In this document: piece after piece, positions 22,806-31,427 of the stretch
Position numbering within the stretch: position 1 is the stretch's first letter
How the letters are laid out: each line of letters starts with the position of its first letter
Assembly: GCA_028710695.1 (NCBI GenBank)
Contig: JAQTTP010000002.1
Coordinates: forward strand, 90,001 to 122,000
Direction of reading: 5' to 3'
DNA from: Candidatus Iainarchaeum sp.
Lineage (GTDB): Archaea > Iainarchaeota > Iainarchaeia > Iainarchaeales > 0-14-0-20-30-16
DNA length: 32,000 nucleotides
Notes under the pieces: model-generated
Told to the model about the DNA's origin: nothing
The model's database searches: none
What the model saw: only the letters and a program-made list of their open reading frames with translations
Made by a program: the position numbers and the translations under genes

Positions 22806-25089
22806 ATTTCTTGTTCAAAAAAGGTACAAAGTCTTTATCCACCCAATTCTTCCAGGTAGTGTAAAGGTCGTCCCAATTCAACACATCCGCCTCTTCCATT
22901 TGTTTTTCTCTGAACAAGTGCAAAGAGGTATTTGCTATTGTTGTATTTTCTGCTTCCAACAAATCTGAAAAATTTAATTTATTTTTCAAATCAACCAAGT
23001 ATTGCTTTGTTTTTGAAACCATGCTGATTTCTTTCCAAATTTGTTCCATATTCAGTCCACTAACACTCTGAATTTTTGTAAACAATTCTGAGTCTTTCAA
23101 ATTATCTTCTAACAAATCAAGATTATCTTTTTTAGCATTATAGCTCATCAGATCTAGAAGTCCGCCCTCAGTTTCAGGATCTTCATTCCAGTGTTTTTTT
23201 ACTTCTGTAATCTGTACTAATCTTCTATTTCTTTTCAAAGACCCTTTAAACCTTATTGGCCTTGAAACAGTAACAATATCTGTTGCCTTAAAAGAAGTAG
23301 TTGGCACTTCTAAGTCATTTACAACCCTATCCCACACAGAATAAGCAGAGTCACCGTGGATTGTGCCCATTACAACATTTCCTGCAGCACCAACCCTCAT
23401 TGCTTCATACAAAACTTTTGCCTCTTTACTTCTTACTTCTCCAAGAATTATTGCACTATCTCCCAACCTCAATGCTGTTCTTAATGCCTCATCAGGAGGA
23501 ACTTCAACTCCAACTTTTGCAGTAGTAATTGCTGACTGAGTTTTCAATCTTTGGACATTATACCCTATATTTTTCATATACATTGCAGGTATTTCCAAAG
23601 TATCTTCTTGCAATAAAATTCTAGAACTCATTGGTATTTCTAGCATTAATGCACTCAATAAAGATGTTTTTCCAGATCCTCTTGAACCTGCAACCAAAAT
23701 ACTTGATTGCATATCCACCAAAAAGCTAAGCAAACCAGCAGATAAGGAGTTCATTCCATTTACATCTACTAGCTGTGGCAAAGTCCAAGGTGTTGTTTTA
23801 TGTAACCTAAACGCAAATGCAATTCCATCAGGAGACAGAGGCGGACCAATAACTGCTACACGAGTTTCAAACTCTGGTAAATCATAATCCAGCACAGGGT
23901 GTGTTTCATCAAAAGGCCTTCCACTCTGTGCCCTTATTTTTGAAACAACTGATTCTGCCTCTCTGTCACTATACAAAATATTTGTTTTACAGGATCCAAA
24001 TTTAGAATGTATTAACTTTAATGGCTTATCACCAATTGGCGCATCAACATAAAAATCTGTAATATTCTTATCAGACAAAAGTATTTCTAAAATTCCATAC
24101 CCCACAGTATAACGGGCAACAATTTCTGACAAGGATTTTTCTTCATCCAAAGTCAAAGGAATATTATTTGCCTTAGAAACTCCTTTTATAGTTGTTAAAA
24201 ATACTCTTTCAAAATAATCTCTTGATTTTGCCCCAACAGTAAATGCTGCACTTCCTGGCTTATACTCTGCAACAATCTCTCTTGCCTTACTAATTATAAA
24301 ATACTTGTCAGGGGTCAAAGAGTATTCCGGGGGATTAGCAATATACAAATATTCAACACTATCTGGCTGTTTAAAAATTTGAATTTGGGTGTTACCAACC
24401 ATGTATTCATCAACTAATACTAAACCTTCTATTTCTCCAAACAAAAGCCTAGATCCTATAAAGGACGGCTTTATTTCCGCATTAAAAAAATACCTATATA
24501 GTTGGCTAGTATCGGGGATATTAGTTAATTTTTGCAAATAATCTTTTACCTTCTTTATTAAATCTGTTTTCTCAAGACTTTGGTAAATATATATCAAAGT
24601 TTCCAAATAAGGCATTGCCCCTTTCTGGTATTTGCTCCCAAGCTTTGTAAGCCTTAGCTTTTCTTTGTTTATTTCATCTATTGTAGCAAGATATGCCAAT
24701 ATTGGATCTGATACCAAATAGTCGCTTGCTATCTTTGCCAGGGTTGCATGCCTATTAGCAGTGTATTGCTCATTTTCGTCAGAACCATCAGAAAGATGCT
24801 CTGGCCCCCATAACCCTTGGGCAGTAAAAGTAGAATACAATTCTCCAATTTGCCTTAACAGGGTAGTTTGGTCACTATTGTAAACTCTTTCATAAACATC
24901 AGCTAATACAACCATATCTGCTTTTTGTTTAGCCAAAAAAGTTATTGCGTGAAGCCTACAGGCCTTATCGTCTGCCAAAGAAGTAGCAAATACACAATTT
25001 TTACAGTTAAATATCAGATGCTCTTGGTTGTTTATTACCTTATAAATTCCTTGCCCAACCTTATAGCCGCCAATAATCATTAAAATCAC
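22792..25089 (-). CDS. Type II/IV secretion-family ATPase with a long N-terminal extension (765 aa)
   Basis: Walker A AGSRGSGKTSLLSALM, ILLQEDTLEI, RLGDSAIILGEVR, GTIHG. About 430 aa precede the ATPase core, including CKNC...C near the N-terminus. Confidence 0.85.
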   Translation of the reverse strand: MILMIIGGYKVGQGIYKVINNQEHLIFNCKNCVFATSLADDKACRLHAITFLAKQKADMVVLADVYERVYNSDQTTLLRQIGELYSTFTAQGLWGPEHLSDGSDENEQYTANRHATLAKIASDYLVSDPILAYLATIDEINKEKLRLTKLGSKYQKGAMPYLETLIYIYQSLEKTDLIKKVKDYLQKLTNIPDTSQLYRYFFNAEIKPSFIGSRLLFGEIEGLVLVDEYMVGNTQIQIFKQPDSVEYLYIANPPEYSLTPDKYFIISKAREIVAEYKPGSAAFTVGAKSRDYFERVFLTTIKGVSKANNIPLTLDEEKSLSEIVARYTVGYGILEILLSDKNITDFYVDAPIGDKPLKLIHSKFGSCKTNILYSDREAESVVSKIRAQSGRPFDETHPVLDYDLPEFETRVAVIGPPLSPDGIAFAFRLHKTTPWTLPQLVDVNGMNSLSAGLLSFLVDMQSSILVAGSRGSGKTSLLSALMLEIPMSSRILLQEDTLEIPAMYMKNIGYNVQRLKTQSAITTAKVGVEVPPDEALRTALRLGDSAIILGEVRSKEAKVLYEAMRVGAAGNVVMGTIHGDSAYSVWDRVVNDLEVPTTSFKATDIVTVSRPIRFKGSLKRNRRLVQITEVKKHWNEDPETEGGLLDLMSYNAKKDNLDLLEDNLKDSELFTKIQSVSGLNMEQIWKEISMVSKTKQYLVDLKNKLNFSDLLEAENTTIANTSLHLFREKQMEEADVLNWDDLYTTWKNWVDKDFVPFLNKKYDRK

Positions 25090-25159
25090 GTAACAGAAAC
25101 TGAGAGATGTAAATAATAGTTATACTTTATTTATATATCTTATTGTCCTAATTTTATTT

Positions 25160-26200
25160 ATGGACAAATCAGAAAAGGAACTAATAAAGGCAAAGTTTTC
25201 AAAAAATATCTTTTATCCTGACAGAAAAAGCCTTGAAATGTCAACTCCAGAACTAGTTTCTAAGTACAGGGCAAGCAGATTAAAGTGCAATACAGCAATA
25301 GATCTCTGTTGTGGACTTGGAATAGATGCAATTCTTTTGGCAAAAAGCTGCAAAAAAGTTATTGCAATAGAAAAAGACAAAAAAATACTAGATTGTGCAA
25401 TAAAAAACGCAAAACTATACAATACAAAGAACATTGAATTCATTTGTGCAGATTTTAAAACTCTGGATCTAAAAAAATACAACCCAGACATAATTTTTGC
25501 AGACCCATCAAGAAGAGTTGGAGAAAAAAGAGTTAAAGAATTAAGTGAAACAGAACCAAGCACAACAGAAATTATTTCTTTATTACAAAAACAAGGATTT
25601 GAAAATTTCTGCATAGAAGTTTCAAATAATTTAGATTTAGAAAAGCTAAATTTTGACTGCGAAAAAGAATTTATATCTCTTAATAAAGAACCAAATTGTA
25701 TTTCTCTTTATTTTGGAAATCTTAAAAAGTATAATTACTCTTTTGTTGCTTTGCCAGACAAAAAAGTAATATTTGCTGACAAAATAAATCCTGAATTTAA
25801 AACACAGGAAAACTTTAAAAAATATTTATACGAATTAGACGAAGGAATAAAAAAAATGCATTTTCAAAATGAACTTTTAAATCATTACAACGGCTTATAC
25901 GCAATAACAGATTCTTTTTTCACATCCACAAATCTAATAAAAGACCCAATCTTTAAAAACAGCTACAAAATAGAAACAGTTTTAGAAACAAGCTTTGAAA
26001 ACACAGACAAAAATATTTTAATTGAAGAGCTAAAAAAATTAGATGCAAAGAAAGTCGTTTTGCGTATTAAAATAGATCCAGACAAATATTACTCTCTAAA
26101 AAAAGATTTAGAAAAAGATTTGGAAGGCACAAAAAAGCTACATATAATTGAATTAAACAAGAAAGTTATTCTTTGCAAAAATCTTCTTCTGAGCGAATAG
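25160..26200 (+). CDS. Class I SAM-dependent methyltransferase (TGS1/Methyltransf_15-like core plus a C-terminal domain of unknown function)
   Basis: Motif I AIDLCCGLGIDAI. VIAIEKD...IEFICADF resembles the cap guanine-N2 MTase core. Motif IV reads FADPSRR rather than SPPWGG. Confidence 0.65.
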   Translation: MDKSEKELIKAKFSKNIFYPDRKSLEMSTPELVSKYRASRLKCNTAIDLCCGLGIDAILLAKSCKKVIAIEKDKKILDCAIKNAKLYNTKNIEFICADFKTLDLKKYNPDIIFADPSRRVGEKRVKELSETEPSTTEIISLLQKQGFENFCIEVSNNLDLEKLNFDCEKEFISLNKEPNCISLYFGNLKKYNYSFVALPDKKVIFADKINPEFKTQENFKKYLYELDEGIKKMHFQNELLNHYNGLYAITDSFFTSTNLIKDPIFKNSYKIETVLETSFENTDKNILIEELKKLDAKKVVLRIKIDPDKYYSLKKDLEKDLEGTKKLHIIELNKKVILCKNLLLSE

Positions 26201-26311
26201 GGAAATAAACCTGATTCAGTCAGGTCATACAAAGCCCAAACTCTTAACTAAACCGAATAATATAAATACTCTTTTCTCTTTATTCTGTTAGATAATTAAA
26301 GAGGTGGGATT

Positions 26312-26881
26312 TTGAAAACTTTAGAGAACCTAACAAAAGCCTTTATTGGCGAAAGCATGGCAAGAAACAGATACACATTTTACGCAAAGCAAGCATTCAA
26401 AGAGGGATATGACCAAATCTCAGAAATATTCACTCAAACTGCAGAGCAAGAAAGAGAGCACGCAAAATGGCTTTTCACTTTAATTAATGAAATAAAAAAA
26501 GGAAAAAAAGAAATTGAAGTTGCGGCATCAGTTCCAACAACTTTTGGAAACACAAAAGAAAATCTAAAGGCAGCAATTGCTGGAGAAAATCACGAGCACA
26601 CAAGCATGTATCCTGAGTTTGCAAAAATTGCTGTGAAGGAAGGTTTTCCAAAGATAGCAGTTAGGCTAATGGCAATAGCAACTGCTGAAAAACACCACGA
26701 GGAAAGATACAAAAAATTATTAAAAGAATTAGAGGATAAAACAATTTTCAAAAAGAAGAAAAAAATATCTTGGGTTTGTAGAAAATGTGGATACGAGCAC
26801 AATGGAAATTCACCACCTGATAAATGCCCTTCATGCGGACACGAAAAGAATTATTTCGAAAGAAAATGTGAGGAATATTAA
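26312..26881 (+). CDS. rbr: Rubrerythrin
   Basis: Ferritin-like diiron domain ([30 protein letters not shown]) plus a C-terminal rubredoxin-like CRKCG...CPSCG. TTG start, with AGAGGTGG 5 nt upstream. The conserved N-terminus supports this start. Confidence 0.9.
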   Translation: MKTLENLTKAFIGESMARNRYTFYAKQAFKEGYDQISEIFTQTAEQEREHAKWLFTLINEIKKGKKEIEVAASVPTTFGNTKENLKAAIAGENHEHTSMYPEFAKIAVKEGFPKIAVRLMAIATAEKHHEERYKKLLKELEDKTIFKKKKKISWVCRKCGYEHNGNSPPDKCPSCGHEKNYFERKCEEY

Positions 26882-26977
26882 AGGGTAGGGTCTAAACCGC
26901 ATCAGTTAGGCTACAAAGATGCAAAGAGATTTAAACAAAAAACAACATATATTTATGTTTTAAAAGGAGGATTAAAA

Positions 26978-27748
26978 ATGGAATTAGAAAAATATTTAAC
27001 AAAGTCATTTGCAACCACATTTAAAGTTAAACCATATTTGAGTTCTTTATTTGTAACAGTAGTAATTGGGGTATTATTTATCGCAGGAATTTTTGCTTTT
27101 TTCTTTGACTTAATAAAACAATTCATGCTGACTTTAGGTAAAAGTGCGCTCACAGGGCAAATGGCAAATTCAATGCTAGGATTTAAACTAGTTATGGCAC
27201 TAGGAACTGGATTCATTATATTCTGTGTTATCTTGTGCATTTTGAATATAATTGGACAAGCATTTATTTTCAAAAAAGTTGAAGCTGAAATGGAATCAAA
27301 AAATGATGGATTCTTTGAAAGATTTGGAGCATCCATGTTATTAGGCTTAAAAGTATTTGTAGTAATGATTATTTACTACATAGTTGTAGGAATAATTGGG
27401 GCAATAATCTTTGCAATTGGTTTAATCCCTTATGTTGGATTAGTAATTTCAATAATTTTATATGTAATATTGGGATTATATACAATCACTGGATTCTTTG
27501 CAATATATGGATTCACTGCAAAGGGTGGAATTGCAAAAGGAATAAGTGCATCTTTAACCCTGCCTTTTAGAAAAATACACTTGGTAGGTTATTCCTTTAT
27601 CTTCATGATTATTGCTATGGCAATTGGCTTCGTGCTTGGCCTTTTAGGTATGATACCAGTTTTAGGACAAATATTGTACATTTTAGGTATGCCAATAATC
27701 ACAACATACATGATGGGAATATCATATTGTATGGCAACAGAAGAATAA
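26978..27748 (+). CDS. Hypothetical polytopic membrane protein (~6 TM)
   Basis: Strong SD AAGGAGG 7 nt upstream of the ATG. Gly/Ile-rich TM segments run throughout. I recognise no family. Confidence 0.6.
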   Translation: MELEKYLTKSFATTFKVKPYLSSLFVTVVIGVLFIAGIFAFFFDLIKQFMLTLGKSALTGQMANSMLGFKLVMALGTGFIIFCVILCILNIIGQAFIFKKVEAEMESKNDGFFERFGASMLLGLKVFVVMIIYYIVVGIIGAIIFAIGLIPYVGLVISIILYVILGLYTITGFFAIYGFTAKGGIAKGISASLTLPFRKIHLVGYSFIFMIIAMAIGFVLGLLGMIPVLGQILYILGMPIITTYMMGISYCMATEE

Positions 27749-27779
27749 AGAAATATTCTTCTTCTTTTTCTTTTTTTTT
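27740..27779 (+). terminator. Intrinsic-terminator-like hairpin plus T-run
   Basis: gaagaata-aagaaa-tattcttc (8-bp stem including the stop codon) followed by ttctttttcttttttttt, at a convergent gene junction. Confidence 0.5.
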
Positions 27780-27821
27780 ATCTTATAGAGCAAGAACAGC
27801 GTTAGTCAGGCAAATTAAATA

Positions 27822-28184
27822 TTAAACTAACTCTAATTGTATTCTCTTTCCTGCGGAATCATAAACTGCAACCCTATCCAATGTGTATGGATAAGACACA
27901 ATTATATGTGCATTCCCTTCTGAAAAAAATGAGTGTTTATCTGCACTGCTAGGAGATGAATTCCCAGAGGGGTGTGAATGTATGGTTCCCACAATAGAAA
28001 AGTCTACTGGCTTTGTATGTTTATAATATGCAACCGAATCTTCTGTTTGATAAAATATTGGCACAGCAATAAAGTGGTCTATAACATCTTTTGTTTTTCC
28101 CAAATATGCAAAGAATTCATTAGGGTATGTTTGCTTACAGCCATCCAGTAAATCCAACAGCAAAATTCTAGACATTTTCTCCAT
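27822..28184 (-). CDS. JAB/MPN (JAMM) domain metalloprotease
   Basis: JAMM motif GTIHSHPSGNSSPSSAD (HxHPx6Sx2D) with an upstream Glu (PNEFFAYLG). 120 aa, the size of a stand-alone archaeal JAMM. Confidence 0.85.
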   Translation of the reverse strand: MEKMSRILLLDLLDGCKQTYPNEFFAYLGKTKDVIDHFIAVPIFYQTEDSVAYYKHTKPVDFSIVGTIHSHPSGNSSPSSADKHSFFSEGNAHIIVSYPYTLDRVAVYDSAGKRIQLELV

Positions 28185-28231
28185 ATTAGTCTTTAGAAAA
28201 GAAGGTATTAAATATTAAAACCAAAGAAACA

Positions 28232-28762
28232 TTATTCTAATTTTACTGGCAAGTTTCTTACAAGACGATATAGTCTAAACACTTTGTCTGTATAGGCCTC
28301 GATAAACGCTTTTGCTGCTTTTTCTCCAAGAATTCTATTAAGTTCTAAGGCAGCATCATTTACTATTTTTATTTGGGCTTCTATTCCAACGTTTTGTGCC
28401 CCTATTGCTCGAATCATTCTTTCTGTTTTGTCAACAACACCAGCCATAACTTTATGTACTGCAACTCTTTTTTGGGAATCATACTTTACACTTAATCCCG
28501 CAGCATCTAATGCGTATTTAGTTGCAACTCTCGAAACAATTGGTTTTCGTCTTAAAGACATTTCCGGATTAACTTTTCCAAAATTAGTCATTAATGCTTC
28601 CCAAGGGTTGTGGCCATACACTTTCATAAGATCTTTTTCAGGATAAGTTACTTTATTTTGGATTGCGCCCAATATTCTTACAGTCATTGCTTCATCAGGC
28701 ATTCTTTCTCCAAACTTTTTAGTCCTGTTCCTATCAACCATTCGCTTAATAAATTCGACCAT
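28232..28762 (-). CDS. Hypothetical protein (176 aa, soluble, helical)
   Basis: A clean ORF with non-low-complexity composition. I recognise no motif. Confidence 0.5.
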   Translation of the reverse strand: MVEFIKRMVDRNRTKKFGERMPDEAMTVRILGAIQNKVTYPEKDLMKVYGHNPWEALMTNFGKVNPEMSLRRKPIVSRVATKYALDAAGLSVKYDSQKRVAVHKVMAGVVDKTERMIRAIGAQNVGIEAQIKIVNDAALELNRILGEKAAKAFIEAYTDKVFRLYRLVRNLPVKLE

Positions 28763-28785
28763 AAGAAAACAGCCTGCATCAAATT

Positions 28786-29262
28786 CTAAATCTTAATTCT
28801 CATAACTTTTTGTGATTCTATAAACCCAAATTTCTTCCAGGCATCTACACCGATTCTATTATTTTTATCAACAACAACTTCAACATATTTTATTCTATGT
28901 TCTCTAAACCAATTCATAAGGGTTTCAAATAATTTTTTTCCTATTTTCATTCCACGATATTCTGCTAACAAATAACCATCATGCAAAAAACCCATTTGCT
29001 TAGTAACATATAATGCAGTAACAGTTTCAATTTCCCCAATATAAAATCCAATAACTTTTCTATGATATTCTGCGACCAAAATTTTAACCTTTGGGTTTTT
29101 CAAATTGTTTCTTAAAAATTTGTAAAATGCCTGGCTTGTATTTTCTCCACTTTTGTAAACCTTGCTATATCGCCTTAAATAATCAGACAATTCAGTATGC
29201 AAAGAAACCAATTCTCTTGTGTCCCGTTTATTAGCAGATCTAATCTTCACGCCCTTCTCCAT
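28786..29262 (-). CDS. GNAT-family N-acetyltransferase
   Basis: Motif A YRGMKIGKKLFETLMNWF (RGxxIG), a C-terminal FGF, and a typical 158-aa size. Confidence 0.85.
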   Translation of the reverse strand: MEKGVKIRSANKRDTRELVSLHTELSDYLRRYSKVYKSGENTSQAFYKFLRNNLKNPKVKILVAEYHRKVIGFYIGEIETVTALYVTKQMGFLHDGYLLAEYRGMKIGKKLFETLMNWFREHRIKYVEVVVDKNNRIGVDAWKKFGFIESQKVMRIKI

Positions 29263-29314
29263 AATATAAATACAACATATCCTTTTTTATTCTGATTTTT
29301 TTATTTTTTCTTAT

Positions 29315-29926
29315 ATGGTCTTAAAAGAATTGCGAGATTGGAATACAAAAAGAAGAATAAAATCCAGCAAAGAACTATCTTTATTTGCAATACAACATGC
29401 TCGTCGAATTCTAGAACAACGAAGGCCAGAATTATTACAAGAACTAAGAAAAACAACTAGAGAAGAAGTCATAAAACATGGCAACGGAAAAGGTTTTACC
29501 CTTGTATCGGTAGGGCAAAAAAGAACATTTGATCCAATAAGATATACTCACGCGGACGACTATCATCTAGAAGTCGGCCACGCGGGAGATGTTGCAAATT
29601 TTACCTACAAAAAAATAGGCAGAGTTATGCTATTTTCTGATTTAGCAGTAGGAAGATATCACAGAGAAAGCAACTTAAGAAGGCTTGGGATTGCAAAACT
29701 AATGGTTGACATTGCAAAGGAAATTGCACAAAGAGAAGGCCTAACATCAATAAGAATAAGCACTGAAAAAAAGCCATGGCTAAAAGATATGTATGAAAAG
29801 TTTGGATTTCTCACTCTCAGCAGGGCCCCAAATGGCGCAACAGAAATGGTTTATATTTTTGACAAAGCAATAAGAGACAAATTTGATCCAAGAGACCCAT
29901 ATGCAATTTTAAAATATTTAAGATGA
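29315..29926 (+). CDS. GNAT-like acetyltransferase with a basic helical N-terminal extension
   Basis: RRLGIAKLMVDIAKEIA...YEKFGF resembles GNAT motifs A and B. The N-terminal ~60 aa are Arg/Lys-rich. The stop overlaps the next start as ATGA. Confidence 0.5.
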   Translation: MVLKELRDWNTKRRIKSSKELSLFAIQHARRILEQRRPELLQELRKTTREEVIKHGNGKGFTLVSVGQKRTFDPIRYTHADDYHLEVGHAGDVANFTYKKIGRVMLFSDLAVGRYHRESNLRRLGIAKLMVDIAKEIAQREGLTSIRISTEKKPWLKDMYEKFGFLTLSRAPNGATEMVYIFDKAIRDKFDPRDPYAILKYLR

Positions 29927-30690
29927 GGCAATTCATGAATAACAAACAATTCTACTCAACATACAATTATCCAAACCTAAAATACATTGGTAAAACTCAC
30001 ACAAATCTTATGAAAAAAATTCTTTCTTTTGCAAATATTTCTTTTTCTGACTTGCAAGGAAAGGATATTTTAGATGCTGGCTGTGGGACTGGAGACAAGT
30101 CAGTATTCTTTGCACTAAAAGGAGCAAAAATCACAAGCATTGATTTCTCTCCCGGACAATTACAGAAAGCACAAGAAAATGCAAAAGAGAATAAGGTAAA
30201 AATCAAAGCTCTTGAAATGGATATTCTGAATTTAGATTCAAAAAAGTTAGGAAAGTTTGATTATATTTTTTGTTTAGGAGTTCTACATCACACAGAAGAT
30301 GCAAAAAAAGGGTTTGAGAATCTCTGCAAGCTTCTAAAGCCAAATGGAATTATTGTAATTGCTTTATACCACAAATATGCGCGCCTAAAATACAGAATCA
30401 TTAGGGCCCTATTACGCCTTTTTGTTTCAAAAGATCCCGAAAAAATAATTTCTTTTTTGTTTTCAAAAAACTTTTTCGCAAAAAAGTTAAACACAATAAC
30501 TAAAGAAACTCTTTATGACAGGTATGCTGTTCCTTTTGAATCTTACCACACTTTGAGAGAAGTCAAGCAGTGGTTCAAACAAAATAAAATAACAGAAATA
30601 GGACACAGCGAAAATGTTAACGGCTTTGAACCGTTTAAAGTATTTGAAAGAAAAACTTTATTTTTTGTAAGTGGAACAAAACCCAAATAG
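29923..30690 (+). CDS. Class I SAM-dependent methyltransferase
   Basis: Motif I ILDAGCGTGDKS, motif II ITSIDFS, post-I/III FDYIFCLGVLHH, and LKPNGIIV. Confidence 0.85.
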   Translation: MRQFMNNKQFYSTYNYPNLKYIGKTHTNLMKKILSFANISFSDLQGKDILDAGCGTGDKSVFFALKGAKITSIDFSPGQLQKAQENAKENKVKIKALEMDILNLDSKKLGKFDYIFCLGVLHHTEDAKKGFENLCKLLKPNGIIVIALYHKYARLKYRIIRALLRLFVSKDPEKIISFLFSKNFFAKKLNTITKETLYDRYAVPFESYHTLREVKQWFKQNKITEIGHSENVNGFEPFKVFERKTLFFVSGTKPK

Positions 30691-30739
30691 ACAAAAATCA
30701 ACCTGTTACCCTTATACAAAGAATAATTTCTCTATTTAG

Positions 30740-31423
30740 CTATTTCTTTCTAGTAGACGGAGCCAAATTATACAAAGACGAAACCCATTCTTTGTTTGTT
30801 GGTTTTTTTTCAGCCTTAATAGGGACAAAAAATGACATTGATTTTTTTTGTTTTGATTTGTTTTGGCTTTTTTTAAGCTTTATTTGTTTCTCTTTTTTTG
30901 GCTTTTGTTTTGTTCCTTTTCCTTTTGTTTTTTTTACTGCTTTTGCTTTATTATTAAACCAAATGCTCTCTTTCTTTTCTTCTTTTTTTGCAATTGTATT
31001 TTGTGGATTTGGATACTGCCTCATTACAACTTGCATCTCATCTGCAGGACTAAAGAATTTAAAATCTTTTGAGCTTCCAAAATGCGCTATCTTTACAGAA
31101 TATTTTTTTGATTCCAAATAATCTTTTAATTTCATTAAGATCTCAAAACTAAATTCATATGGCGGAATATTATAAGCCAGGTGTACAAAAGGCATAATTA
31201 TCACATTATTTGTTTTAAAGTGATCCGCCATTTCTCTTAAGTCTTTTCCAAAAGCGTCAAAATAATTCACATCTTCTTTTCCTTCAACAGTAATCCAAGG
31301 GCAAAGAACTTTCTTTTCTTTTATTTTTTTTGTGCTGTTCAACACATCCATACTAACATTACTGCCGTTAAGCTTACAATTTCCAATTTCTAATTTCTTA
31401 CAATACCAAATTAAAGCTTTCAT
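30740..31423 (-). CDS. Free-standing archaeal ThrRS-editing-domain-like protein (DTD-like fold) with a Lys-rich C-terminal tail
   Basis: Collinear with my recollection of the Pyrococcus abyssi ThrRS N-terminal editing domain. MKALIWYCKKLEI vs MRVLLIHSDYIEY. NVIIMPFVHLAYN vs NVFVYPFAHLSSE. AHFGSSKDFKFFS vs APFGYYKAFKISC. The last ~85 aa are K-rich and low complexity. Confidence 0.55.
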   Translation of the reverse strand: MKALIWYCKKLEIGNCKLNGSNVSMDVLNSTKKIKEKKVLCPWITVEGKEDVNYFDAFGKDLREMADHFKTNNVIIMPFVHLAYNIPPYEFSFEILMKLKDYLESKKYSVKIAHFGSSKDFKFFSPADEMQVVMRQYPNPQNTIAKKEEKKESIWFNNKAKAVKKTKGKGTKQKPKKEKQIKLKKSQNKSKQKKSMSFFVPIKAEKKPTNKEWVSSLYNLAPSTRKK

Positions 31424-31427
31424 TTAA

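Noticed and set aside
26953-27336. A 127-aa minus-strand ORF overlapping the start of the 256-aa membrane-protein gene
   Set aside because: The plus-strand gene has a textbook AAGGAGG SD and coherent TM segments. The antisense ORF has neither.
28786-29926. Divergent GNAT pair as a GNAT-toxin/antitoxin (TacT/AtaT-like) module
   Set aside because: There is no small RHH or HTH antitoxin ORF adjacent to either gene. Both GNATs have ordinary housekeeping-like architecture.
30792-31121. Plus-strand Phe/Leu/Cys-rich ORFs and the long T-rich tract, considered as a repeat or regulatory region
   Set aside because: The tract is the mirror image of the Lys-rich (AAA/AAG) tail of the minus-strand ThrRS-ED-like gene. 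It is coding low complexity, not a separate element.
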